A stretch of 64,000 nt of DNA from an uncultured Gammaproteobacteria bacterium (GTDB lineage Bacteria; Patescibacteriota; Patescibacteriia; Patescibacteriales; UBA12465): the NCBI GenBank assembly GCA_964435515.1, contig CAYSZD010000005.1:8813-72812 (forward strand), written 5' to 3'. Position 1 is the first letter of the stretch. The number at the start of each line of letters is the position of its first letter. Below the pieces are notes generated by a model. It was not told the DNA's origin. It did no database searches and saw only the letters and a program-made list of their open reading frames with translations. Shown piece after piece: positions 50,307 to 59,537 of this stretch. Position numbers and translations under genes: made by a program.

Positions 50307-50341
50307 TCAAAAAACTTCTCAATATTGAGAAGTTTTTTGAT
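50306..50341. terminator. Perfect 36-bp palindrome; bidirectional terminator between comEC and rpmB
   Basis: ATCAAAAAACTTCTCAAT/ATTGAGAAGTTTTTTGAT. Confidence 0.75.
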
Positions 50342-50361
50342 GAGCTAAAATTTTTAAAAAA

Positions 50362-50538
50362 TTATTTTTCGTGCTTAGCAAGGGTACGCAAACACTTGAT
50401 GCAAATTTTTAATTTTACATCACCAATTCTTCTAGTCTGCAAATTAATATGCTGACGTTTTAGGGTTTGAATTTTTGAGTGAGAACGGCTAGCACCTTTA
50501 GTTGCACCGCGCTTACATAAATCACATCTTTTTGCCAT
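50362..50538 (-). CDS. rpmB: 50S ribosomal protein L28 (not in ORF track)
   Basis: Translated by hand: MAKRCDLCKRGATKGASRSHSKIQTLKRQHINLQ...ICIKCLRTLAKHEK. Confidence 0.93.
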   Translation of the reverse strand: MAKRCDLCKRGATKGASRSHSKIQTLKRQHINLQTRRIGDVKLKICIKCLRTLAKHEK

Positions 50539-50694
50539 ATGCTTTTAAGACGGCCAGAGAATGCACGAAAAAACGGGCTTTTTTCGACGGCCGTTATATT
50601 TATAATTTCAATGTTTAAATGTTAGCACATTTTTAAAATTAATCAAGCTATGCTAGAATAAAGTAGTATGATATACTAAATTTTTCAATTATTT

Positions 50695-51300
50695 ATGTCA
50701 AATACTGTGATTATTTTATTTCAAGTAATTATTTTAATTTTTTCAGCTGTCATCCATGAATATATGCATGGTTTTGTCGCTGAGCGCTTAGGTGATCCAA
50801 CTGCTCGCTTAGCTGGACGACTCAGTTTAAATCCAATTGTACATTTAGAATGGTTTGGCTCCTTTCTTTTACCGGGTCTAATGTTGCTTTCTGGTATGCC
50901 CTTTGCTTTTGGTTGGGCTAAGCCTGTGCCATATAATCCTCATAATCTAGTGGATAAGCGCTGGGGAGAGGCGAAGGTGGCTTTAGCTGGACCTTTAGCC
51001 AACTTAGCAGTAGCTATATTTTTTGCTTTATTTTTAAGAATAGTGCCCTCTGTGAGTGCAAATTTTACTGCTTTAATTGGTCTAATTATTTATATTAATC
51101 TTATTTTAATGACCTTTAATTTATTGCCAATTCCGCCCTTAGATGGTTCTAAAATTTTAGCTGCCTTTCTTAGTACTAAGGCTAAAATATCTTATTTACG
51201 TTTAGAACGTTTTGGCTTTATTTTTGTAATTTTGTTTGCCTGGATTGCTTTCCCTCTATTATTACCTGTTATAGATTATTTATTTCGTATTTTAACTTAA
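50695..51300 (+). CDS. Site-2 protease family (M50) protein
   Basis: IHEYMHG, GDPTA, WAKPVP and NLLPIPPLDGSK. Confidence 0.93.
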   Translation: MSNTVIILFQVIILIFSAVIHEYMHGFVAERLGDPTARLAGRLSLNPIVHLEWFGSFLLPGLMLLSGMPFAFGWAKPVPYNPHNLVDKRWGEAKVALAGPLANLAVAIFFALFLRIVPSVSANFTALIGLIIYINLILMTFNLLPIPPLDGSKILAAFLSTKAKISYLRLERFGFIFVILFAWIAFPLLLPVIDYLFRILT

Positions 51301-51346
51301 GCCTGATATTTCATTAAGATTAGTATTATTGTTTAATTATCTTGTC

Positions 51347-51375
51347 TTGACTTATTTTAAGGCTTTTGATAAAGT
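51347..51375 (+). promoter_or_regulatory. Putative sigma70 promoter of str operon
   Basis: TTGACT-N17-TAAAGT with TGn. Confidence 0.65.
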
Positions 51376-51526
51376 AATCCCAGTAATAACTCTATCCTGA
51401 TGAGTCAGGATATTTTGTTATCAAAAGAAAAATTTATTAATGAAAAGAGATTATTAATTAATATAAAAATTCTCTTTTCCGCCTCGGTAAACAATATATT
51501 CCGAGTCTTTTTAAAGCTGAAGCATT

Positions 51527-51955
51527 ATGCCGACTATTAATCAATTAGTAAGAAAGGGTCGTAAGAAAAAAAATGTACGTAGCACTTCTTTAGCGTTACA
51601 TACAAGCTTTGACTCTTTGCATCGTAAAAAGAATGTTAGTGCTAAGGGCGCACCTTTTAAACAGGGTGTATGCTTAAAGGTAACTACTACTACTCCTAAG
51701 AAGCCTAACTCTGCTTTACGTAAAATTGCTCGTGTACGTTTGTCTAACGGTATGGAAGTGACTGCTTATATTCCAGGCATGGGTCATAATTTACAAGAAC
51801 ACTCTATTGTTTTAGTGAAAGGTGGAAAAACTAAAGATCTCCCTGGTGTACGTTATAAAGTTGTGCGTGGAGTATATGATGCAGCTGGTGTAGAGGCTCG
51901 TCGTCAAGGACGTAGTTCTTATGGCGCTAAGAAGCCAAAAACAGAAAAAAAGTAA
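51527..51955 (+). CDS. rpsL: 30S ribosomal protein S12
   Basis: [19 protein letters not shown] and KDLPGVRY. Confidence 0.98.
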   Translation: MPTINQLVRKGRKKKNVRSTSLALHTSFDSLHRKKNVSAKGAPFKQGVCLKVTTTTPKKPNSALRKIARVRLSNGMEVTAYIPGMGHNLQEHSIVLVKGGKTKDLPGVRYKVVRGVYDAAGVEARRQGRSSYGAKKPKTEKK

Positions 51956-52041
51956 TTTATTAACTAATCCTATTTAGGATTTATATTTATATAATTGGTG
52001 CGCGTCAAATTATAGCTAGTGTCGCGACCACCCTAAGAATT

Positions 52042-52521
52042 ATGAGAGGAAAACAAGCCCCTAAAAGAGAACTAAGCGGGGATAGTAAATACAATGATCA
52101 AAACATTACTAAGTTAATTAACTATGTGATGAAGGAAGGTAAAAAAAGCGTAGCTGAAAAAATTGTCTACGATTCTTTTCATATTATCAAAGAGAAAACT
52201 AAGCAGGATCCTCGTCATGTGTTTAATAAGGCAATGAAAAGAGTTTCTCCTTTAGTTGAAGTTCGTGGTAAGAGGGTTGGTGGTGCTAACTATCAAGTTC
52301 CTTTTCAGGTTCGTGGAGAGCGCCGATACTATCTTGGTTGTCATTGGTTAATCAGCGCAGCTCAAGCTCGACGTGGTCGTTCAATGGCAGAAAAAATGGC
52401 AGCGGAAATTTTAGATGCTGCTAACGGAGAAGGAGCAGCTATCAAGAAGCGTGAAGCTGTCCACAAGATGGCTGAAGCTAATAAAGCTTTTGCTCATTTT
52501 TCTCGTTCTCGTTCTAAATAA
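52042..52521 (+). CDS. rpsG: 30S ribosomal protein S7
   Basis: GKKSVAE, RVGGANYQVP and MAEANKAFAH. Confidence 0.98.
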   Translation: MRGKQAPKRELSGDSKYNDQNITKLINYVMKEGKKSVAEKIVYDSFHIIKEKTKQDPRHVFNKAMKRVSPLVEVRGKRVGGANYQVPFQVRGERRYYLGCHWLISAAQARRGRSMAEKMAAEILDAANGEGAAIKKREAVHKMAEANKAFAHFSRSRSK

Positions 52522-52571
52522 TTTGTTTATTATTGTTTGTTTTTATTACTTACTAATTTTTAATTTGATTT

Positions 52572-54647
52572 ATGCCTCGTGATTATTCTCTTGATAAGAT
52601 AAGAAACATTGGTATCATGGCTCATATTGATGCCGGCAAAACAACTTTTACCGAAAGAGTTCTTTTTTATACTGGTAAAAAATATAAGTTAGGTGAAGTA
52701 CATGAAGGTGCGGCTGAAATGGATTGGATGGAACAAGAAAAAGAACGTGGCATTACTATTACTTCAGCTGCTACTACTTGTTTTTGGAAGGGTAATAAAA
52801 TTAATATTATTGATACTCCTGGGCACGTTGATTTTACTGTGGAAGTAGAGCGTTCTTTGCGTGTTTTAGACGGAGCTATTGCTGTCTTTGATGGACAGGC
52901 TGGTGTAGAGCCTCAATCAGAAACTGTTTGGCGTCAGGCTGATAAATATCATGTTCCTCGTCTTTGTTTTGTAAATAAAATGGATAAGATGGGTGCTGAT
53001 TTTTATATGAGTTTAGACTCTATCAAACAACGTCTTAATTCTAGGGCTGTAGCCGTTCAATTACCAATTGGTGCTGAAGATAATTTAAGTGGCGTGATTG
53101 ATTTATTAGAAAAAAAGGCTTATAGCTTTGCTGGTAATTTTGGTGAAAATATTACCGAGATTGATATGCCGGCTGATATGGTAGAGAAGGTAGAAAAATA
53201 TCGTTCTGAACTAGTTGAAAAAGTAGTTGAATGTGATGAGGCTATCATGGAAAAATATTTAGCTGGCGAGGAAATTAGCATTGAAGAATTACAAAAAGTT
53301 TTACGCAAAGGAGTGATTAATAATGAAATTTATCCTGTTTTATGTGGCACTGCGTTACAAAATATTGGCGTGCAGTTTGCTTTAGATGCAGTTAATGCTT
53401 ACTTACCTTCACCTTTAGATGTACCTGCAGTTGAGGCTAATGATGTAAATGATGAAGAAAAAAAATATTCTGTTAAAGCTGATGATAATGCACCTTTTAT
53501 TGGTTTAGCTTTTAAAATTGCAACTGATCCTTTTGTGGGAAAACTTTGTTTCGTCCGTGTTTATCAAGGTGTTTTACAATCAGGTTCTTATATTGTTAAT
53601 ACTTCAACTGGTAATAAGGAAAGAATTGGACGTTTAGTTCGTATGCATTCAAATCATCGTGAAGAAATTAAAGAAATATACGCAGGTGATATCGCGGCTG
53701 TTATTGGTTTAAAAAATACTACTACTGGTAATACATTATGTGCTGAAGATAATGAAGTATTATTAGAATCTATTACTTTTCCAGAACCAGTTATTAAAAT
53801 TGCGGTTGAACCAAAGACTAAAGCTGATCAAGAAAAAATGGGTATTGCCCTATCTCGTTTAGCTGAAGAAGATCCTACCTTTAGAGTTGAGACTGACGAG
53901 GAAACAAATCAAGTACTTATTTCAGGTATGGGAGAATTGCATTTAGATATTATTGTTGATCGCATGAAGAGGGAATTCGGAGTAGAGGCTAACGTGGGCA
54001 ATCCTCAAGTTTCATATCGTGAAACAATTACTCAATCTGCTGAAGCTGAACATAAGTATGCTAAACAATCTGGTGGACGCGGACAATATGGTCATTGTGC
54101 ATTGAGAGTTGAACCATCAGGAGAGGGCAAGGGTTATGAATTTATAGACGAAGTTAAAGGTGGTGTTATTCCTAGAGAATTTATTCCAGCTATTGAAAAA
54201 GGCGTAAAGGAAGGATTGCAAAGTGGTGTTGTTGCTGGTTATCCCATGGTTGATGTAAAAGTGGCTGTATATCATGGTAGTTATCATGAAGTTGATTCAT
54301 CTGAAGTAGCTTTTAAAATGGCTGGTATTTTTGCCTTTAAAGAGGCTTGTCAAAAAGCTAAGCCAATTTTATTAGAACCGCTCATGAAGGTAGAGGTAAC
54401 TACTCCAGAAGAATATATGGGCAACATTATTGGTGATCTTAACTCAAAGAGAGGACAAATTGAGGAAATGACAGATAGACCTAATAAGATAAAAGCAATT
54501 CACGCGAAAGTGCCACTATCAGAAATGTTTGGTTATGCAACCGCTCTTAGATCAATGTCTCAAGGTAGAGCTAATTATGTAATGGAATTTCATCATTATA
54601 GTGAGGTACCAAGAAATATTTTAGAACAGATCAAAGAAAAGAAATAA
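52572..54647 (+). CDS. fusA: Elongation factor G
   Basis: [17 protein letters not shown] and GMGELHL. Confidence 0.99.
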   Translation: MPRDYSLDKIRNIGIMAHIDAGKTTFTERVLFYTGKKYKLGEVHEGAAEMDWMEQEKERGITITSAATTCFWKGNKINIIDTPGHVDFTVEVERSLRVLDGAIAVFDGQAGVEPQSETVWRQADKYHVPRLCFVNKMDKMGADFYMSLDSIKQRLNSRAVAVQLPIGAEDNLSGVIDLLEKKAYSFAGNFGENITEIDMPADMVEKVEKYRSELVEKVVECDEAIMEKYLAGEEISIEELQKVLRKGVINNEIYPVLCGTALQNIGVQFALDAVNAYLPSPLDVPAVEANDVNDEEKKYSVKADDNAPFIGLAFKIATDPFVGKLCFVRVYQGVLQSGSYIVNTSTGNKERIGRLVRMHSNHREEIKEIYAGDIAAVIGLKNTTTGNTLCAEDNEVLLESITFPEPVIKIAVEPKTKADQEKMGIALSRLAEEDPTFRVETDEETNQVLISGMGELHLDIIVDRMKREFGVEANVGNPQVSYRETITQSAEAEHKYAKQSGGRGQYGHCALRVEPSGEGKGYEFIDEVKGGVIPREFIPAIEKGVKEGLQSGVVAGYPMVDVKVAVYHGSYHEVDSSEVAFKMAGIFAFKEACQKAKPILLEPLMKVEVTTPEEYMGNIIGDLNSKRGQIEEMTDRPNKIKAIHAKVPLSEMFGYATALRSMSQGRANYVMEFHHYSEVPRNILEQIKEKK

Positions 54648-54657
54648 GTTATAGTTT

Positions 54658-55254
54658 ATGTCCTTGGAAAAACTTCATCTTAATATAGATAGCGGTTTAG
54701 CGGAAAAAGATTTAAGTGGAGAAGAGCAGGCTTTAAGTAATTTTTGTCGACAGTTTAATAATCCAATAGTTTTCTTAAAGACTGGAACTAAAAATGAAAG
54801 TGAAGTAAAATTAGCTGATAATTTAGAGATGATGGATGAAGAAGAAAAAGTGATAGCCGAGATGATATTACTACAGGCTGATACCTTTTTACATAGCCCT
54901 GCATTTACCGATAGTTTTCATGAAGATCATGCGGCCCGACGAGAATGGGAAAGAGATAGTTTAAATAAAGATTCATTTAGCGAGGTGGCTAAGTTATATG
55001 CTAGCAATCGATTTAATCTTAACCTTCTAGGATTGCCGATGTTATTTCTTTCTTGGGCCGAGTCATTAGAAGAAAAATATTCCTTATCATTAGAACAGAA
55101 AAAAATAGTTAAGCAAATTAGAATAGATTTAGATTCTATTGGCAGAGAAAAATTTAATGAATATGGTAGCATGAACGATGAACAGAAATTTGAGCTTATT
55201 ACACAATTAGAAGTTGTTTTTCAAAATATTGTAGCTTTGTTGAGTGGGAAATAA
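54658..55254 (+). CDS. Hypothetical acidic protein inserted between fusA and tuf
   Basis: 198-aa ORF starting 10 nt after the fusA stop. Confidence 0.65.
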   Translation: MSLEKLHLNIDSGLAEKDLSGEEQALSNFCRQFNNPIVFLKTGTKNESEVKLADNLEMMDEEEKVIAEMILLQADTFLHSPAFTDSFHEDHAARREWERDSLNKDSFSEVAKLYASNRFNLNLLGLPMLFLSWAESLEEKYSLSLEQKKIVKQIRIDLDSIGREKFNEYGSMNDEQKFELITQLEVVFQNIVALLSGK

Positions 55255-55281
55255 GAGCTTTTGGAGGAAAGCCTAAATAAT

Positions 55282-55614
55282 ATGCGTGAGCAATTAAAAA
55301 AAGCTTTAAAACTAGCCAGAAAAACCAAGGATGCTATTCTGTTTTTCGATGCTGAGGCTCCAGAGGATTCATTTGCCATTTTAGACTTAGATCGTTATGA
55401 AGAAATTATAGATCCGGCAATATTAAACAAAAAAGACAGAGTGTATCAAACTAATTTGACAGACGAAGATTTAGCTGATAAAATTAATCGCGAAATCTCC
55501 GACTGGAAGAATCAAGAGCAGTCGGACTATTTGCTTGAGGAAAGTAAAGATAGTCCTCGCTGGAAAATACCACCGCATATTAAGAATAAGGCAGAGAATA
55601 ATCCTACAAAATAG
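55282..55614 (+). CDS. Hypothetical protein upstream of tuf (weak Phd/YefM-like N-terminus)
   Basis: MREQLKKALKLARKTKDAILFF...SFAILDLDRYEEI; ATG 55282 or TTG 55261. Confidence 0.7.
   Translation: MREQLKKALKLARKTKDAILFFDAEAPEDSFAILDLDRYEEIIDPAILNKKDRVYQTNLTDEDLADKINREISDWKNQEQSDYLLEESKDSPRWKIPPHIKNKAENNPTK
55456..55484 (+). promoter_or_regulatory. Intragenic sigma70 promoter probably driving tuf
   Basis: TTGACA-N17-TAAAAT with TGn extension inside the preceding CDS. Confidence 0.7.
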
Positions 55615-55703
55615 TTTTAAAAAAATTTTATAATTAATTAATTTCACGGCTGGTTTCCTCTAATAGGAAAGAAACCCCTTTAGGGGGCCGTAAGCATAAA
55701 AAC

Positions 55704-56891
55704 ATGGCAGAAACATTTTCACGTACAAAGCCCCATGTCAATGTTGGCACTATCGGTCACGTTGATCACGGGAAAACCACTCTAACTGCCGCTATGTTAG
55801 CGGTATTCGGTGCTCATGGTATGAGCGCTTCTAAAAAAGATGTCGGCGAAATTGATGCAGCTCCAGAAGAAAAAGAACGTGGCATTACTATTGCTACTGC
55901 TCACGTAGAGTATGAATCAGAAAAACGTCACTATGCACACGTTGATTGTCCTGGACACGCCGATTATGTTAAAAACATGATTACCGGTGCTGCTCAAATG
56001 GACGGTGCTATTTTAGTAGTATCTGCAACTGACGGACCTATGCCTCAGACTCGTGAACACATCTTGCTTGCTCGTCAAGTTGGTGTGCCTCATATTGTTG
56101 TTTTCTTGAATAAATGCGATATGGTTGAAGATCAAGAATTAATTGACCTAGTTGAAGAAGAAGTTCGTGATTTATTAAAGAAATATGAGTTCCCAGGTGA
56201 CACTACTCCAATTATTCGTGGTAGTGCTTTGAAAGCATTAGAAAATCCAAATGGTCCTGATGCTGAGCCAATCATGGAACTTATGAAGCAATTAGACGAG
56301 TTTATTCCAGATCCAATTCGCGATATTGATCATGACTTCTTAATGCCTATCGAAGATATTTTTTCTATTGAAGGTCGCGGTACAGTTGTAACTGGTCGTA
56401 TCGAAAGAGGTGTTATCAATGTTGGCGACGAAGTTGAAATCGTTGGTTTACATGATACTAAAAAGACAACTATTACTGGTGTTGAAATGTTTAACAAATC
56501 ATTAGCACGTGGTGAAGCTGGCGATAATGCTGGATTATTACTTCGTGGTACTAAAAAGAATGAAGTTGAACGTGGTCAAGTATTATGTAAGCCAGGAAGC
56601 GTAACTCCTCATACTGAATTTGAAGCTCAGATTTACGTTTTATCTAAAGATGAAGGTGGGCGTCATAAGCCATTCTTTAAAGGTTACAAACCTCAATTCT
56701 ATATTCGTACTACTGATGTAACCGGTGAAGTAGAATTGCCAGCAGGAACTGAAATGGTTATGCCTGGAGATACTGTTAACATTAATGTTAAATTAATTTC
56801 TCCAGTTGCTTTAGAGGAAAAACAACGTTTCGCTATTCGTGAAGGTGGACGTACTGTTGGTGCTGGTGCAGTGGTAAAGATTATTAAGTAG
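55704..56891 (+). CDS. tuf: Elongation factor Tu
   Basis: [24 protein letters not shown] and [10 protein letters not shown]. Confidence 0.99.
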   Translation: MAETFSRTKPHVNVGTIGHVDHGKTTLTAAMLAVFGAHGMSASKKDVGEIDAAPEEKERGITIATAHVEYESEKRHYAHVDCPGHADYVKNMITGAAQMDGAILVVSATDGPMPQTREHILLARQVGVPHIVVFLNKCDMVEDQELIDLVEEEVRDLLKKYEFPGDTTPIIRGSALKALENPNGPDAEPIMELMKQLDEFIPDPIRDIDHDFLMPIEDIFSIEGRGTVVTGRIERGVINVGDEVEIVGLHDTKKTTITGVEMFNKSLARGEAGDNAGLLLRGTKKNEVERGQVLCKPGSVTPHTEFEAQIYVLSKDEGGRHKPFFKGYKPQFYIRTTDVTGEVELPAGTEMVMPGDTVNINVKLISPVALEEKQRFAIREGGRTVGAGAVVKIIK

Positions 56892-56900
56892 TTGATACTT

Positions 56901-56928
56901 AGGTCCGCTCTATTATTAGGGCGGACTT
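56901..56928 (+). terminator. Stable hairpin after tuf (weak terminator or 3' protection stem)
   Basis: AGGTCCGCTCTA/TAGGGCGGACTT with no clean U tract. Confidence 0.5.
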
Positions 56929-56974
56929 GTAGTGTTTATTTATTTTAATTTAAAAACATAAGAGTATATTTTCT

Positions 56975-57313
56975 ATGTCCGAAATCAAGAAAGAAGAAAA
57001 AGATTACAAGCAAAAAATCCGAATTAAGATTAAAGCTTTTGATCATAAGATTATTGATCAGTCTACTAAGACTATCGTTGATACTATTGAACGCAGTGAT
57101 GCTAATTTTTTTGGCCCTATTCCATTGCCAACTGAGAAAAGAAAATATACAGTTAATCGTTCAACTTTTGTTCATAAAGATGCTCGTGATCAGTATGAAA
57201 TGAGAGTACATAAACGTATTATTGATATTATAGATCCTAGTTCTGCTACTATTGAAAATTTAACTAATTTAAATTTACCAGCAGGGGTTGACGTAGAGAT
57301 AAAAATGCAGTAA
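56975..57313 (+). CDS. rpsJ: 30S ribosomal protein S10
   Basis: KIRIKIKAFDH, GPIPLPT and LPAGVDVEIK. Confidence 0.98.
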   Translation: MSEIKKEEKDYKQKIRIKIKAFDHKIIDQSTKTIVDTIERSDANFFGPIPLPTEKRKYTVNRSTFVHKDARDQYEMRVHKRIIDIIDPSSATIENLTNLNLPAGVDVEIKMQ

Positions 57314-57521
57314 AATATAATCAAATAAATTTTAGCGTCGCTAAGGCGTTATTGGGTAACTCTTAGTTAACTAATTAAGAAAGTGTCCACTGGTAAATTA
57401 GCGATATTTTAAGGAGAAAACAGCGAGAAAATAAAACACAAATTGAGTTTCAGGGCGTATTTAGCAATTTTTAGATTTTGTTTTCAGGCTGGTAAAATTA
57501 CCAGTTTTTTGTTTTAAAAAT

Positions 57522-58313
57522 ATGAAATTCATCTTAGGAAAAAAAATGACAATGACCCAGATTTGGGATCATGATACAGTAATTGCTGTTACTCCAGTTT
57601 TAGCTGGTCCTTGCACTATTACTCAGGTTAAAACTCAGAAAGCTGATTCTTATTCTGCTTTACAAGTAGCTTTTGGTAATCGTAAGGCAAAAAATTTAAA
57701 AAAACCACAACAAGTAAAATATGCTAAAGCCGGTGTTTCTCCTATGTATGTAAGAGAAGTACGTCTTGTTGAGGATATGGAGGCTAATATTGGCGATCAA
57801 ATACAAGCCGATTCTTTTCAAGCCGGAGACACTGTTCAGGTTACAGGCACTTCTAAGGGTCGTGGATTTCAGGGTGTGGTAAAAAGACATGGTTTTCAAG
57901 GTGGTCGTAAAAGTCACGGTAATAAAGATCAGTTACGTATGCCTGGTTCAGTTGGCGCCAAGGGCCCAGCTCATATTTTTAAAGGCATGAAAATGGGTGG
58001 ACGTATGGGTAATGAAACAGTAACTGTGCAAAATCTTAAAATCGCTTCCGTTGATACAGAAAATAATATTATTTATATTCAGGGAGCAGTTCCTGGTGCT
58101 ACTAATTCCTTACTTCACATTAAAGGTGAAGGGGAAATGATTATTAAATCAGTTAATGAAGTAGTAGAAATAGCAGTTCCAGTAGTAGAAAAATCAGAGC
58201 CAGTAGTAGCGGAAGTTAAGGAAGAAATTAAAGAAGAAGTTAAAGAAGAAATAAAAGAAGAAGTAAAAGAAGAAGTAAAAGAAGAGGTAAAAGAGGCTGA
58301 AGTTAAAGCCTAA
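57522..58313 (+). CDS. rplC: 50S ribosomal protein L3 with acidic repeat tail
   Basis: GKKMTMTQ, SKGRGFQGVVKRHG and GAVPG. Confidence 0.97.
   Translation: MKFILGKKMTMTQIWDHDTVIAVTPVLAGPCTITQVKTQKADSYSALQVAFGNRKAKNLKKPQQVKYAKAGVSPMYVREVRLVEDMEANIGDQIQADSFQAGDTVQVTGTSKGRGFQGVVKRHGFQGGRKSHGNKDQLRMPGSVGAKGPAHIFKGMKMGGRMGNETVTVQNLKIASVDTENNIIYIQGAVPGATNSLLHIKGEGEMIIKSVNEVVEIAVPVVEKSEPVVAEVKEEIKEEVKEEIKEEVKEEVKEEVKEAEVKA
58218..58289 (+). repeat. Six tandem 12-nt repeats encoding KEE(I/V)
   Basis: AAGGAAGAAATT AAAGAAGAAGTT AAAGAAGAAATA AAAGAAGAAGTA AAAGAAGAAGTA AAAGAAGAGGTA. Confidence 0.9.
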
Positions 58314-58336
58314 ATAAGTATCAATGTTTTAATTAT

Positions 58337-58987
58337 ATGTCTATTAAAGTTAAAGTATACAATCAAAGCGCTGCTCCTGTAAAAGATTTGGAGCTTTCTA
58401 AAGAAGTATTTGCCATGAAAGCTAATGCTGATCTTTTACACCAAGCGATTGTTACCCAACAAGCTAATGAGCGTCAGGTTTTGGCTCACACTAAAGATCG
58501 CAGTGAAGTAAGAGGTGGAGGTAAAAAACCTTGGAAACAAAAAGGTACTGGCCGTGCTCGAGTTGGTTCTAGTCGTTCTCCTATTTGGATTGGTGGTGGT
58601 GTTACTTTTGGCCCTACTAAAGATCGTAATTTTAGTAAAAAATTAAATAAAAAGATGAAGCAAAAGGCGATTATGATGGCTTTATCTGATAAATTAGAAC
58701 AATCCAGTTTAGTGGTTATAGATACTTTAGAAATGAAAGATTTTAAAACAAAACAATTCAATGCCTTACTTTCTGCTTTTGAAAAAGAAATTTTACCAGT
58801 TCGTCGTAATCTTTTGATTATTAACGAAACAAAAGATGCAAAGGTTTTTTATTCTGGTAGAAATTTAAAAGGAGTTGACATTATTAATCCAGAAAATATT
58901 AATATTGTTGATCTTTTATCCCATCGTCAAGTTATGCTTACCGAAGCTGGGGTTAAAGCAATTGAAAAACAATACGGAAAAAAATAA
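58337..58987 (+). CDS. rplD: 50S ribosomal protein L4
   Basis: RSEVRGGGKKPWKQKGTGRAR. Confidence 0.98.
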   Translation: MSIKVKVYNQSAAPVKDLELSKEVFAMKANADLLHQAIVTQQANERQVLAHTKDRSEVRGGGKKPWKQKGTGRARVGSSRSPIWIGGGVTFGPTKDRNFSKKLNKKMKQKAIMMALSDKLEQSSLVVIDTLEMKDFKTKQFNALLSAFEKEILPVRRNLLIINETKDAKVFYSGRNLKGVDIINPENINIVDLLSHRQVMLTEAGVKAIEKQYGKK

Positions 58988-59034
58988 GTTTAATGGAGGC
59001 TTAGGATATATTTCTTAGCCCTTGAATTAATTAT

Positions 59035-59505
59035 ATGGCTTTATTTGGAGTAAAAAAAACTAAAGATGACAATGAAGATAGCAAAAAAAAGGAAGAGGTT
59101 AAAGATGTTGCTGTAAAAACTAAGGAAGAAAAGACTGATGTCAGTATGAAGGATTTATATGCTGAAGAAGGAGTGAAAAAGAGCACTAAATCAAAAAAAT
59201 TAGCTTCTAATTCTCGTTACGATGGTGCATTTAGAGTTTTGGTGAAACCATTGGTAACTGAGAAGGCAACTGATTTAAGTACTCATAATCAATATGTATT
59301 TGTTGTGTCAGATAAAGCTAATAAAATTGAGGTAGCTAAAGCTATTAATATTGTTTACGGCATTAAGCCAGTGAGTGTCAATATTATTTCAATGAAAGGT
59401 AAAGTAGTAACTCGCGGAAAGATTAAGGGTCAACGTAAAGATTGGAAAAAGGCTATTGTTACTTTAAAGAAGGGTGACAGCATTAAGATTTACGAAGGCG
59501 TTTAA
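59035..59505 (+). CDS. rplW: 50S ribosomal protein L23 with N-terminal extension
   Basis: [17 protein letters not shown] and WKKAIVTL. Confidence 0.96.
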   Translation: MALFGVKKTKDDNEDSKKKEEVKDVAVKTKEEKTDVSMKDLYAEEGVKKSTKSKKLASNSRYDGAFRVLVKPLVTEKATDLSTHNQYVFVVSDKANKIEVAKAINIVYGIKPVSVNIISMKGKVVTRGKIKGQRKDWKKAIVTLKKGDSIKIYEGV

Positions 59506-59537
59506 AATTATTTATATACAAACAAGAAAGCACTTAT

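Noticed and set aside
50306-50341. Perfect 36-bp palindrome as an operator or dif-like site
   Set aside because: Its position between convergent genes and its A/T flanks are fully explained by a bidirectional terminator, and it does not match the XerC/XerD consensus.
51397-51430. CTGATGAG, resembling a hammerhead ribozyme core
   Set aside because: It sits within a simple perfect hairpin (TATCCTGA/TCAGGATA), and no stem II closing onto a CGAAA can be built.
55646-55691. tRNA or tRNA fragment upstream of tuf
   Set aside because: It has only two internal stems over 46 nt, with no T-loop GTTCRA and no D-loop.
58218-58289. Tandem repeat as a CRISPR array or mobile repeat
   Set aside because: These are in-frame 12-nt coding repeats with no spacers.
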